In this document: positions 29,287 through 39,371 of the stretch, one piece after another
Numbering within the stretch: position 1 is the first letter of the stretch
Layout: every line of letters begins with the position of its first letter
Assembly: GCA_964547105.1 (NCBI GenBank)
Contig: CAZJLO010000001.1
Span: 73,134-137,133 of the forward strand
Source: an uncultured Thermotogae bacterium
GTDB taxonomy: Bacteria > Bipolaricaulota > Bipolaricaulia > UBA7950 > UBA9294
DNA length: 64,000 nt
Direction: 5' to 3'
Notes under the pieces: model-generated
What the model saw: only the letters and a program-made list of their open reading frames with translations
Databases searched by the model: none
What the model was told of the DNA's origin: nothing
Program-made: the position numbers and the translations under genes

Positions 29287-30446
29287 CGGAGCAACAGGGA
29301 AGATCGGAATCCCGGCTGTTGCGCGGCGCTCACCGGACATTGACAGGTCTTCATCCCGTCTTTGAATCCCTACTCGCCGCTATTGTCGGGCTTCTCATCG
29401 GAGCCTTGCTCATGTATCTCTATGGGTTCAATCCGTGGAGGGCCTACATCGCGCTGTTCCGTGGTGCGTTTGCTGGGTCGTATGAGTTCGCGAGTTCGCT
29501 TTCTCGTGCGACGCCTCTCATCCTCACTGCGTTGACGTTCTCGATCTGCTTGCGGTCCGGGATGTTCAACATCGGCGCCGAAGGGCAAATGATGATTGGA
29601 GCTGTCGCCGCAGTGTGTGTAGCGCTGTTCGCTCTTCCTACCGGCGTCGGCCAAATCGTGGGGTTGATCCTCGCAGCCGCGGCGGGAGCCATTTGGAGTC
29701 TGGTTCCTGCTGCTCTGAAGCTATGGCGAGGGGTTCACGAGGTCATCTCGACGATCATGTTCAACTGGATAGGGCGCTGGCTTGTCCTCTATCTGACCAT
29801 CTACATCCTTGTAGACCCCGCGCGGTCCGAGCGGTCCCTGCAAATCCCGGTTAATGCGCGATTCCCTGTGCTGGTTAGGGGAACGGACCTCTCCTACACC
29901 CTCTTTGTCGCCCTGGCGTTCGCGCTTCTGATCTACTTCCTGCTCTGGCACACAACGACGGGATACGAGGTTCGTGCCGCCGGACTGAACCCCACCGCCG
30001 CACGCTACGGTGGAATCCGGATCAAGCGGACGACGTTTCTTGCGTTCATCCTCGGTGGAATGGCGGCCGGCCTGGCGGGGGCAACCATTGTCATGGGACT
30101 CCGGCCGGCGTACGCAATCTACGGCGGCGGCGGATTGCCCCAGTTGACGAACCTTGGTTTCGACGGAATGGCTGTAGCCATGGTCGGCAGGAACCATCCG
30201 ATCGGGATTCTCGTTTCGGCGCTATTTTTCGGGGGATTGAATGCTGGTGGGCGCGTCATGCAGTTCTATGGTTCGAACCCCGTCCCTCTGGAGATGGTTC
30301 GCATCGTCGAAGGAGCGATTGTGCTTGCCATGTCCATCCCTGAATTGATCCGGATCTTTCCGACGGTCAAACGGGAAGGCGAGAGGTTCATCGGGCTGCT
30401 TCGGCGCACATCGTTGAAGGCCCGCAAAGGAGGGGATTCGGCATGA
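29283..30446 (+). CDS. ABC transporter permease (BMP-system, first permease)
   Basis: Polytopic protein overlapping its neighbours by 4 nt. Confidence 0.8.
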   Translation: MTEQQGRSESRLLRGAHRTLTGLHPVFESLLAAIVGLLIGALLMYLYGFNPWRAYIALFRGAFAGSYEFASSLSRATPLILTALTFSICLRSGMFNIGAEGQMMIGAVAAVCVALFALPTGVGQIVGLILAAAAGAIWSLVPAALKLWRGVHEVISTIMFNWIGRWLVLYLTIYILVDPARSERSLQIPVNARFPVLVRGTDLSYTLFVALAFALLIYFLLWHTTTGYEVRAAGLNPTAARYGGIRIKRTTFLAFILGGMAAGLAGATIVMGLRPAYAIYGGGGLPQLTNLGFDGMAVAMVGRNHPIGILVSALFFGGLNAGGRVMQFYGSNPVPLEMVRIVEGAIVLAMSIPELIRIFPTVKREGERFIGLLRRTSLKARKGGDSA

Positions 30447-31336
30447 GTTGGAATGACATACTGAGCCTGCTAAGAATCTCACTCCACGCCATGGTCCCGA
30501 TCGTGCTCACGGCGGTCGGGGAGATCATTGGGCAAACCGCCGGTCTGTTCAACATCGGACTTGAGGGAATCCTGCTGATCAGCGCGTTCGGGGGAGCACT
30601 CGGTGCCGAGATCGGTGGTCCCGTTGTCGGGTTGGCAATCGGAATGGGCATCGGCGCGGTGATCAGCTTCGTGTTCGGGCTGATCAGCACCTACGGGAAG
30701 GGCACCCAGATGGTGACAGGAATCGGAATAAACCTGTTTGCCATGGGGTTTGTTGCGTTCGGACTGATTGCACTGGGCGCACCGGGATTCCGTGACGTGC
30801 CGAAAGCCGCCGAAGTCGCCAAATGGTCCACACCGATGGGCGCCATGAGTCCTATGATCATCGTCGCTCTGGTGATGCCGTTTGTTATCTACTGGTTCCT
30901 GAAACGGACCCGGGCGGGCCTGATGCTGAAAGCTGTCGGAGAAATGCCGGAAGCTGCAGATGTCGCGGGCATTAACGTCAACGTCGTTCGAATTCTTGCC
31001 GCAACAGCAGGCGGTGTGCTGGCCGGATTGGCTGGGGCCTACATGAGCGTAGCGTGGATGGGTCTGGTCACCAAGGGACTCTCTGCCGGTCGCGGGTTTA
31101 TCGCCTTGGCCTGTGTCGTATTCAGCGGCTTGAATCCGCTCCTGGCACTTCTCGGAGGTTTCATCTTCGGTTTGTTTCAGGCGCTCGCCGAGTGGATCAA
31201 GACACTTCCCTACAAACCGATTCCGAGCCAATTCGTGTCGATGCTCCCCTACATCGTGACGCTCCTTGTCGTGTCAGGGGCTATCGGCCGGGTCCGGTTC
31301 CCGAAAGCACAAGGAGAGCCGTATAAGCGAGAGTAG
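30443..31336 (+). CDS. ABC transporter permease (BMP-system, second permease)
   Basis: Polytopic protein; last gene of the operon. Confidence 0.8.
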   Translation: MSWNDILSLLRISLHAMVPIVLTAVGEIIGQTAGLFNIGLEGILLISAFGGALGAEIGGPVVGLAIGMGIGAVISFVFGLISTYGKGTQMVTGIGINLFAMGFVAFGLIALGAPGFRDVPKAAEVAKWSTPMGAMSPMIIVALVMPFVIYWFLKRTRAGLMLKAVGEMPEAADVAGINVNVVRILAATAGGVLAGLAGAYMSVAWMGLVTKGLSAGRGFIALACVVFSGLNPLLALLGGFIFGLFQALAEWIKTLPYKPIPSQFVSMLPYIVTLLVVSGAIGRVRFPKAQGEPYKRE

Positions 31337-31343
31337 ATCTGCC

Positions 31344-31372
31344 TTGACCAGTACTGTCACGGAGACTATGAT
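31344..31372 (+). promoter_or_regulatory. Candidate promoter of the phosphonate-type ABC operon: -35 TTGACC, 17-nt spacer, -10 TATGAT
   Basis: TTGACCagtactgtcacggagacTATGAT. The CTGTCAC inside the spacer resembles a Pho-box half-site. Confidence 0.4.
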
Positions 31373-31464
31373 GGACCCATGAGGATCTAAGAGAGCAGGC
31401 TCTTTTTCGGGATTCTGTCCATGGTCTGCTCTTGGAGGGCGTGACTGCATCCAGGAGGTGCAAT

Positions 31465-32472
31465 ATGCGGAGAGTGTTGGCTCTAACGCTGGTCGCTGTT
31501 GCAGTATTCGGCATCATCGGATCTGCGCAGCAGCTGGGCACACAGGATTATCCGATCACGTTGTTGCTAGTTCCCTCAACCGAAGCTGCCGTAGTTCAGG
31601 CCGCCGGCGATGCAATCGCCGACGCAATGTATGATATGACCGGGCTGTACATCGAAGCCGTGATGACATCCGATTACCGCGCGTTCATCGAAGCGTTCCG
31701 AACGGCGGAGGGCGATGTCTTCGGTATTCCCACAACAACCCAGTACATCGAGATCTATGCCGAGACGGATGGCGCAGTCGAAGTCGCGTTGGCCTCCTTG
31801 CGCGATGGCTACAACTACTACTTCAGCAGCGTCTACGCCCTGCGAGACAGCGGCATCGAGACGCTTCAAGACCTGAACGGCAAGACCTGGATCTACAACG
31901 ATCCATTCTCGGGATCCGGATACAAGACGCCCATGGTTCTGTTTGAAGAGAACGACATCGTCGTCGGCGGAACGGTCGAGAGCAGCGGCCATACCGCGTC
32001 GATGGTCGCCCTTCTTCAAGGACAAGGCGACTTCTGCACCGGCTATGGCTCCCCTACGCAGGCACCTGATGCCCTCAAAGCGATGGGAATCCGCTGGGAG
32101 TGGGGCGATGATCCGGAATTGATGCTGTGGGATCGCTTCAACAATGCGCTGGTTCGCGAAGAGATCCGCTGGGGAGGCGCTGACCTTCGCCGGGCGGTCG
32201 AGGCAGACTACCCCGACGTGTGGGAACAGGTGGGAGTTGTCGCCGTGGCCGGTCCGTTGGCCAACGACTGCATCGCGTTCTCGGCGGGGTTCCCGGCGGA
32301 GATGAAGGCAACGCTGATCCAGGCGCTTCAGGATCACATCCATTCCCCGGAAGGGCTCGCGATCTGGAACGACCCCAATTTCTACGAGTGGAGCGACATG
32401 GCCCCGATCACGGATGACTTCTACGACGTCAACCGCATCCTGTTGGGCTACGAAGTTCCCGATCGAGACTAG
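31465..32472 (+). CDS. phnD: Phosphonate/phosphite-type ABC substrate-binding protein (PhnD family)
   Basis: Signal peptide; PhnD-like fold markers; operon context with phnC and phnE. ATG preceded by AGGAGG. Confidence 0.8.
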   Translation: MRRVLALTLVAVAVFGIIGSAQQLGTQDYPITLLLVPSTEAAVVQAAGDAIADAMYDMTGLYIEAVMTSDYRAFIEAFRTAEGDVFGIPTTTQYIEIYAETDGAVEVALASLRDGYNYYFSSVYALRDSGIETLQDLNGKTWIYNDPFSGSGYKTPMVLFEENDIVVGGTVESSGHTASMVALLQGQGDFCTGYGSPTQAPDALKAMGIRWEWGDDPELMLWDRFNNALVREEIRWGGADLRRAVEADYPDVWEQVGVVAVAGPLANDCIAFSAGFPAEMKATLIQALQDHIHSPEGLAIWNDPNFYEWSDMAPITDDFYDVNRILLGYEVPDRD

Positions 32473-32481
32473 AGAATTTCA

Positions 32482-32519
32482 GGCGAGGGGCGGAATACCG
32501 TCCCTCGCCGTTTCTTTCT
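32482..32519 (+). terminator. Hairpin GGCGAGGG...CCCTCGCC followed by GTTTCTTTCT between phnD and phnC
   Basis: 8-bp GC-rich stem with a T-rich tail. SBP-distal attenuation is a common arrangement. Confidence 0.35.
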
Positions 32520-32523
32520 ACTC

Positions 32524-33297
32524 ATGGACAAACCACAACTGCAGATCGAGCATCTGACCAAAGTGTATGAGCGAGGCGAAGTTCACGCCTTGAACGATGT
32601 CTCGTTCGAGGTGAACCGCGGCGAGTTTCTCATTCTGATCGGCTTGTCGGGGTCGGGGAAGTCCACGTTCTTGCGCTGTGTCAATCGATTGATCGAACCA
32701 ACATCAGGCAAGGTCTACCTAAACGGCATCGACGTAACGGGCGCCCGTTCTGCGGAGCTGCGGCGGATTCGCCGTCAGATTGGAATGGTGTTCCAGCAGT
32801 TCAATCTCGTGCGACGATCTTCCGTGTTGACCAACGTGCTGGCGGGACGTCTTGGATACGTTCCTCGATGGAGGACGCTGCTCGGGCGATTTCCTCACGA
32901 GGACATCAAGAAGGCGGAGGCGTGTTTGGATCGCGTCGGACTCCGTGAGAAGATGTACACACGCGCCGATCAACTGTCCGGCGGTCAGCAACAACGTGTG
33001 GGAATCGCTCGCGCGTTGATGCAGGATCCCGAGTTGCTGTTCGCTGACGAACCTGTATCCGCCCTCGATCCGGCGACCTCGAATTCTATCCTTCAGTACC
33101 TTGAGCAGATGAACAAGAACGACGGGGTCACCGTCATCTGTGCGCTGCACTTCCTTTCTCTCGCCCGGCGGTATGGCACGCGGATTATCGCCCTCAAGGA
33201 CGGGGAAATCGTTTTCGAAGGATTGCCGGACGAGATCGACGAAGCTCGGTTCAAGGAGATCTACGGCGAAGACGCTGAAGAAGTGGAGATCCGTTAG
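32524..33297 (+). CDS. phnC: Phosphonate ABC transporter ATP-binding protein
   Basis: LIGLSGSGKSTFLRC, LSGGQQQRVGIARAL, LLFADEP. Confidence 0.85.
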   Translation: MDKPQLQIEHLTKVYERGEVHALNDVSFEVNRGEFLILIGLSGSGKSTFLRCVNRLIEPTSGKVYLNGIDVTGARSAELRRIRRQIGMVFQQFNLVRRSSVLTNVLAGRLGYVPRWRTLLGRFPHEDIKKAEACLDRVGLREKMYTRADQLSGGQQQRVGIARALMQDPELLFADEPVSALDPATSNSILQYLEQMNKNDGVTVICALHFLSLARRYGTRIIALKDGEIVFEGLPDEIDEARFKEIYGEDAEEVEIR

Positions 33298-34743
33298 ATG
33301 CACGTGAGGAGCTTTCCCAAGCGTCGATTCATGGCGTTGGCAGTGGATTGGTTGGCGCTGCTCTACGTTTCCTACGGCGTCTACTACCTGATCAACCACT
33401 GGTATCGTGAGTTGGTCACCGTTCGCCCCTCCTATCAAGTTCCGTTTCCACTCTACGCCTGGGTGGCCGCGTTCGTCGGATCGTTCCTTCTCGCCGTGCT
33501 GTGGGAGAACGTCGGAATCTCGCTCGGATTCCGCGCCTTCGGCCTGAGAGTTCGATCCAAGAATGCTCAGCATGTCTCGCTAGGAAGGCGAATCCGACGT
33601 TTCGGACTGGATCTTGCTTCCCTGTGCGGGCTGTTCGCTGTTTCCGGCTTGGCGGCAGCGCCGGTTGTAGGACTGGCGACGTTGTTTCTTGGGATCCGCA
33701 ACGGCTCGGGCATTTCGTTGCTTCCTGGCGTGACGCTGTGGCCGATTTCGGGATGGCCACTCACACTGGGACATTTCGTTGCGACAGCGGCCATTCTCGT
33801 CGTCGCGGGGGCGCTGGCCTACCTATCGGCTCGCGTCATGCTACGGAACGTGTGGATGGTTTCGCGAGATCGCGACAACCTCGTCGATCGCATCGCGAAA
33901 ACGAGTGTCTTCCGCGCCGCCGATCTGGAAGATCTTCAACATCCGAAGTGGTATCGAACATCCTCCGGGTGGATGACAATCCTGCTGATTGGGATGTCCC
34001 TCTACGTCGGCTGGCTGATGACACGGATCAGCATCGCAGCTCTGATCCAGCGCGCCGGCGTGACCGGGTATATCTGGAAGCAGCTGCTACGTCCGGACCT
34101 CAGCCACTTGGTTGCTGCCGAACCCGTGCTGCAGACTTCGCTGCTGGGGGCGCTCCTCGAGACCGTCTTCATGGCGCTTATGGCCACAGTGGCCGGCGTC
34201 GTGTTCGCTTTCCCGTTGAGTTTCCTCGGGGCCCGGAACATCATGGCCACCGGGCCGATCGGCTGGACCATCTACACGATCATGCGCGGCTTCTTCAACA
34301 TCGTGCGCTCTGTGGAGACCCTGATCTGGGGAATTATCTTCGGGGTGTGGGTCGGCTTCGGACCGTTTGCCGGTATGCTCGCCTTGACGGTCCATACGAT
34401 CGCTGCGCTGGGGAAGCTCTACTCCGAACAAGTGGAATCCATTGACCCGGGACCGCTGGAGGCGATCGCCTCCACCGGCGCGCGGCGTTGGCAGGTCGTC
34501 CTGTACGGAGTCATCCCGCAGATCATCCCTTCCTATCTAGCGTTCACATTGTATCGCTGGGACATCAATGTGCGCATGTCTACGGTCATTGGTCTTGTCG
34601 GTGCCGGCGGAATCGGCCGCATGCTGTTCTACTACAAGAACGACGGACGCTGGGGCGAGATGGGCACCGCCGTGCTTCTGATCGTCGCGGTGGTTTGGTT
34701 GATGGACTACACCAGTGCTCGCGTGCGGGAGAAAATCACCTAA
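33298..34743 (+). CDS. phnE: Phosphonate ABC permease PhnE-like with about 250 aa of extra N-terminal membrane domain
   Basis: C-terminal core carries the PhnE EAA loop YSEQVESIDPGPLEAIASTGA. The N-terminal half has about 6 extra TM segments with a WYRTSSG motif. Confidence 0.8.
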   Translation: MHVRSFPKRRFMALAVDWLALLYVSYGVYYLINHWYRELVTVRPSYQVPFPLYAWVAAFVGSFLLAVLWENVGISLGFRAFGLRVRSKNAQHVSLGRRIRRFGLDLASLCGLFAVSGLAAAPVVGLATLFLGIRNGSGISLLPGVTLWPISGWPLTLGHFVATAAILVVAGALAYLSARVMLRNVWMVSRDRDNLVDRIAKTSVFRAADLEDLQHPKWYRTSSGWMTILLIGMSLYVGWLMTRISIAALIQRAGVTGYIWKQLLRPDLSHLVAAEPVLQTSLLGALLETVFMALMATVAGVVFAFPLSFLGARNIMATGPIGWTIYTIMRGFFNIVRSVETLIWGIIFGVWVGFGPFAGMLALTVHTIAALGKLYSEQVESIDPGPLEAIASTGARRWQVVLYGVIPQIIPSYLAFTLYRWDINVRMSTVIGLVGAGGIGRMLFYYKNDGRWGEMGTAVLLIVAVVWLMDYTSARVREKIT

Positions 34744-34746
34744 CCA

Positions 34747-35999
34747 TGGCCAACAAAGAGTACTACGCCGATTTCATCAAGCCCAAGCCGCGCTGGCTTG
34801 CTTCATGGGATACCATCAAGCCGCGAGCTATCGCCTTCGTTACGGACGCAGGATTCGCCGCTCTCCTGTTGCTTGTCGCTTCGTATTTCTTCTCGCGGGT
34901 CATCACGGGAGGACAAGGAAGCTTCCTTGTGATTCCGTGGTGGGCTCTGTTGACCATCGTGATTGAGGTCGCTGTCATCTGGCAGTCATTTGGCGTATCT
35001 GTGGGCATGAGAGCTCTCGGGCTACGCCTTGTTCTTGTAGACCCGCAAGATCAGATAAGTCGAATCGCCCCTCGCTGTCTTCGTGTCCTGGCCTGGCACG
35101 TCTCCATCCCGTTGCTTGTTGGGATGATCTGGCCGTTTGTGTCCCGGGACGCCCGCAGCTTACACGGTCGACTGTCCCACACACAGCTGGTCGGCGTATC
35201 CCCTGAACAGGTCAAGAAGACGGCGTGGTATCGCACGTCATCCGGCCTGGCTACGGTGTTGCTGGGCGTGGTGATTCTTGCCGCGGGGGTATCGATCACG
35301 AAGATCAATCTCAAGACGCTCTTCACCGAGGCCTCGAACAGCGCCTTGGTGTGGAGGGGGCTTTTCTCTCCGGAGTGGTCAGAGTTCGCGGAGGGTCTTG
35401 AGCTGCTGATGGTGACGATTTTTATGGCGTTCATGGCCACGCTGTTTGCGGTAATCGTCGCCGCTCCCTTGAGTTTCTTCGCCGCCCGCAATCTGTTCCG
35501 CGGGAAAATCGGCAGGGTTGTCTATACCTTTCTGCGCGTGGCGACAAGTATCATTCGATCGATTGAGCCGATCGTGTGGGCGATCATCTTCGTGGTGATT
35601 GTGACGCCTAGACGGGCAGCGTTTGCCGGAGTCCTCGCGCTGTTCCTGCATTCCATCGCCGACCTGACCAAGCTGTACTCGGAACGGCTGGAGTCAATCG
35701 ATCCGGGTCCTGTGGAGGCAATCACGGCAACAGGCGGCTCGAAGTCCCAAGTGATCCAATACGGCATTGTCCCACAGATTCTCACGCCGTATCTCTCCTT
35801 TACCCTGTACCGATGGGACATCAACGTCCGTATGGCCACAATCATCGGCGCGTTGGGGGGCGGCGGAATCGGGCAGATGCTGATTCAGTACACCCGCCTC
35901 TGGGATTGGGAACGAGCAGGAATGCTCATCCTGTTGATCATCGCGACGGTCTGGATCATGGACTACGTATCAGGTCGCCTGCGCGCGCATCTCGAATAG
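34747..35999 (+). CDS. phnE: Second PhnE-like permease with a similar N-terminal extension
   Basis: EAA loop YSERLESIDPGPVEAITATGG. Its N-terminal extension is paralogous to that of the first PhnE (AWYRTSSG motif). Confidence 0.8.
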
Positions 36000-36032
36000 C
36001 ACTTCCTCTCATCCGAGAAGCCAAGACCCCAG

Positions 36033-36242
36033 CTACTTCGTGAGTTGATCGAGGTAGGCTTGGATCTCTTCCAAACCGTAGATCGTCTTCATCATCTTGT
36101 AGTCTTCGAGCCACGCATCGGCGATCGTGTCGTCGCGACGGATCTCGACGTCTCCGATGCCGTAGGAACTCATCATGCGATGCGCTTCGTCTTCGATCTG
36201 ACGGTCCTTCACCCGAAACAGGAACCTTGGAAAATCGGACAT
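36033..36242 (-). CDS. Small hypothetical protein of 69 aa
   Basis: Non-Arg-biased composition. ATG preceded by GGGAGG at 5-nt spacing. Confidence 0.45.
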   Translation of the reverse strand: MSDFPRFLFRVKDRQIEDEAHRMMSSYGIGDVEIRRDDTIADAWLEDYKMMKTIYGLEEIQAYLDQLTK

Positions 36243-36320
36243 CGTGCCTCCCTTCGGCGGTGGTGATTATACCGCGAGCTCAGTCGATGCAAATCGGCTC
36301 GCACAGCAGGGGAGGATTCC

Positions 36321-36742
36321 ATGCCCTTGGGGGATGATGTCCGATCTTGTGACCATCCGCAGCTCGTCTCGGCTCTCGGAGGGGAATCCGCCGTCGTGCC
36401 AGTGCGGAGCGATTTCCACGACGCCGCGAGGATGCTCGAATCCGCGTATATCCTTATCCTAACCGCCGAATCGGGCATCGCGCCGGCGGGGATCCTCGTG
36501 TCGATATGGGTGCCGAAGTCGGATCGTCGGCGCGGTTTCTACTTCGTCGATGAGCTGTATGTGTTGCCGGCGTTCCGGCGCCGCGGCATCGCCCGGGCGC
36601 TTGTTCATGATTCTGTCAATCGCGCTAAGCAAGAAGGCTTGGCCGGTGTTCGCCTGTTGGTACGCCCGAGAACCACGTCGCGAGAACACTGTACAAGGCG
36701 TTGGGGTTCTCGGAGGAAGGAGCTCTCTTGTGCCGCGGCTGA
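36321..36742 (+). CDS. GNAT-family N-acetyltransferase with an apparent single-base frameshift near codon 115 (pseudogene or sequencing error)
   Basis: Frame 0 gives FRRRGIARALVHDSVNRAKQEGLAGVRLLV. The expected GNAT C-terminus PENHVARTLYKALGFSEEGALLCRG-stop is in frame +2 from about 36662. Frame 0 instead reads through into pdp. Confidence 0.5.
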
Positions 36743-36779
36743 TTGGCGACGAAGACGATCCAGACTACAATTGCGGGTT

Positions 36780-38111
36780 ATGAACACAGTCGATCTGATT
36801 CGAAAGAAGCGAAACGGCGATCCCCTCTCTCGTGAGGAGATCGAACATATCATCACCCGTTATGTGGCCGGCGAGATCCCCGACTATCAGATCGCGGCGT
36901 GGCTGATGGCCGTGTATTTCCGGTCGATGAACGACGAAGAAACAGCAATCCTGACAGATGTAATGGCCCATTCCGGCGCGATGCTCGATCTGTCAAATGC
37001 CCCAGGCTTCCCTGTGGACAAACACTCCACCGGCGGCGTCGGCGATACGACCACGCTGGTGTTGATCCCTCTTCTCGCCGCCGCCGGCCTGACCGTGGCC
37101 AAGCTTTCCGGACGATCCTTGGGCCACACCGGCGGTACCATCGACAAGCTGGAGTCCATTCCCGGTTTCCGCACGGATCTCTCGCGTGAGGAGTTCCTCA
37201 GCCAGGTGGAACGATTCGGAGTCGCCCTTGCCGATCACACCGAAGACATGGTGCCAGCGGATCGTCTGTTGTACGAACTCCGCGATGTGACATGCACTGT
37301 GGACTCTCTTCCATTGATCGTCGCTTCGATCATGTCCAAGAAGATCGCCGGAGGCGCCAAGGGGATCGTGATCGACGTCAAGACCGGTGAAGGTGCGTTC
37401 CTTACGAAGCTTGAGGATTCCAGGAAGCTCGCGAGAGCGCTGGTATCGATCGGCGCCCATCTCGGCCGGACCATCTCCGCCCTGATTACGGGAATGTCGC
37501 AGCCATTAGGAGCGATGGTCGGAAACGCTCTCGAAGTCCGTGAGGCGATCGACACACTGCGCGGGAAAGGGCCGGAGGACCTCGCCAACCTTTGCTGCCA
37601 GCTCGGGGCGGAACTCGTGATCGCCGCTGGGCAGGCAGGCTCACATCAAGATGCCCTTACCCAGCTTCGCTGCCTCCTTACAGGAGGCGAAGCTCTCGCC
37701 AAATTCCAGGAACTGGTGCAACTTCAAGGTGGCGATCCTCGTGTAGTGGACGATCCGGAGAGGCTTCCATCCGCGTCCAAGACGATCTCCGTCACTGCGG
37801 AGAAATCGGGAGTTGTTGCCAAGCTCAATGCCCTGGATGTCGGGCGTGCCGCGTCTCTCCTTGGAGCCGGCCGGTTCGTCAAGGAGGACCAAATCGACCC
37901 CGCTGTCGGAATCGAGATCCTCGCCAAGATCGGTGATCCCGTATCCGCCGGAGACAAGCTGTCCCTCCTCCATGTCAACGAGGAGGGACACGTCGACGAA
38001 GCGATGGGCCTTATGAGCGGCGCCTACATCATCAGCGATGGACCCGTCGAAGCGCCACCATTGATGATCGATCGGATCGCCGGCGATCAACTCGAATCGG
38101 TCTCGCCCTGA
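36780..38111 (+). CDS. pdp: Pyrimidine-nucleoside (thymidine) phosphorylase
   Basis: MNTVDLIRKKRNGDPLSREEIEHII...HSTGGVGDTTTLVLIPLLAAAGL...GHTGGTIDKLESIPGF. Confidence 0.85.
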   Translation: MNTVDLIRKKRNGDPLSREEIEHIITRYVAGEIPDYQIAAWLMAVYFRSMNDEETAILTDVMAHSGAMLDLSNAPGFPVDKHSTGGVGDTTTLVLIPLLAAAGLTVAKLSGRSLGHTGGTIDKLESIPGFRTDLSREEFLSQVERFGVALADHTEDMVPADRLLYELRDVTCTVDSLPLIVASIMSKKIAGGAKGIVIDVKTGEGAFLTKLEDSRKLARALVSIGAHLGRTISALITGMSQPLGAMVGNALEVREAIDTLRGKGPEDLANLCCQLGAELVIAAGQAGSHQDALTQLRCLLTGGEALAKFQELVQLQGGDPRVVDDPERLPSASKTISVTAEKSGVVAKLNALDVGRAASLLGAGRFVKEDQIDPAVGIEILAKIGDPVSAGDKLSLLHVNEEGHVDEAMGLMSGAYIISDGPVEAPPLMIDRIAGDQLESVSP

Positions 38112-38503
38112 ACCGAAGGCCGAAGGCGAAACCCGTGCGGCAAAAGATCGCGAACGGTCGTTCTCAGAACGTTACCATCCGCCTTCGCCATCAACACGTC
38201 CATATCGGGGGCATGCTCGAACAGGACCTGTCGGCAGGCTCCGCATGGCGAGCTGAGCAACGCCTTGGGACACGAAACGGCAATGCGGATGAAATCATGC
38301 TTGCCTTCGGAGATTGCTTTGAACAGGGCCGTTCGTTCCGCGCAAATCGACAGGCTGTTCACGCCGTTCTCCACATTGGCGCCAGTGAACACCGTTCCGT
38401 CGGAGCAGAGCAGTGCCGCACCAACCGGGAAGCCCGAGTACGGGCAGTACGCCCGCTCGCTCGCCTTGATCGCAAGCGCCATCAGTTCGTGATCTTTGAT
38501 CAT
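38087..38503 (-). CDS. cdd: Cytidine deaminase
   Basis: Zinc-binding motifs CAERTA and PCGACRQ in a roughly 139-aa protein starting MIKDHEL. Confidence 0.85.
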   Translation of the reverse strand: MIKDHELMALAIKASERAYCPYSGFPVGAALLCSDGTVFTGANVENGVNSLSICAERTALFKAISEGKHDFIRIAVSCPKALLSSPCGACRQVLFEHAPDMDVLMAKADGNVLRTTVRDLLPHGFRLRPSVQGETDSS

Positions 38504-38505
38504 CG

Positions 38506-39351
38506 CTAGAACCGGATCACCATCCCTACGCTGCCGCTGAGTCCTCCGACAGACATCAACCACCCGCCGGAGACGGACTGGCTGATCGGAACCGTTCCTT
38601 TAAGCCTCGCGTACAGGCGGAGGAATGGAGGACCGATCCCGATGCCGATGCTTCCATGGACCGCAAACGCGGTCCAACGAAGCGATTCGAGTTGAAGCTC
38701 GGAGATCAGCACGCTGATCGTCTCCTGAAGTGCACCCCCGACAACGGAGATCCCGGACATGATCCGCCCGGAGATCAGCTCCACGCCGACGCCAAGATCG
38801 ATATCGGCAACAAGCAACCCGACCTGTTTGGCGATGTCGGTGGAAAGCACCATCGATCGAACTTCCGGTGCAACCCACAGCGATGCCTCGTCCCAGTCAA
38901 TGACAAGAGGCCAGTCTTCAAGTCCCAAGCCGAGCCCTGCCATTTCCAGAAGCGACACCACAAGCGCTTCACTCAGCCACCCCGCCTCAATTCGGAGCGT
39001 ATCGAGAACGACGAACGGAAGATGGAATTCGATCGCTCCGCCGATGTGGGGAACCGGCACCGCCTGAAGGAGAGCACCCGGCGTTCCTGCTGTCCAGAAG
39101 GGGATCAGAGCGGCAATCTCGTCCCCCACCGCCTCGACCTCCGCCGCAAGCTCTGCGGCGACTTCAGGCGGGAGGCCCTCCGCGATCAGCGCGTCCTCCC
39201 ATGCCGACGCCGCTTGATCGATGACTGAAGGGACCTGTTCCAGCGCCGGCAACACGTTGATCGTGTAGAACGGCACGCCAACACTCACCGCTCCTGACAT
39301 CGCCGAGAGCGAAACCGCGACAACGATCAGCAGACCACCGATCCATCTCAT
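38506..39351 (-). CDS. Exported hypothetical protein
   Basis: Signal peptide. Its stop is 3 nt from the cdd start. No recognised motif. Confidence 0.5.
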   Translation of the reverse strand: MRWIGGLLIVVAVSLSAMSGAVSVGVPFYTINVLPALEQVPSVIDQAASAWEDALIAEGLPPEVAAELAAEVEAVGDEIAALIPFWTAGTPGALLQAVPVPHIGGAIEFHLPFVVLDTLRIEAGWLSEALVVSLLEMAGLGLGLEDWPLVIDWDEASLWVAPEVRSMVLSTDIAKQVGLLVADIDLGVGVELISGRIMSGISVVGGALQETISVLISELQLESLRWTAFAVHGSIGIGIGPPFLRLYARLKGTVPISQSVSGGWLMSVGGLSGSVGMVIRF

Positions 39352-39371
39352 TCGCCGGCACCCGTCGTCGA

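Noticed and set aside
27865-29340. 491-aa minus-strand ORF
   Set aside because: Antisense to the duplicated-ATPase ABC gene. It is Arg/Pro-rich with no motifs.
31354-31360. Pho box in the phn promoter
   Set aside because: Only one good CTGTCAC half-site. The upstream repeat (CTTGACC) is too degenerate to call a 7-4-7 Pho box with confidence. It is mentioned only in the promoter evidence.
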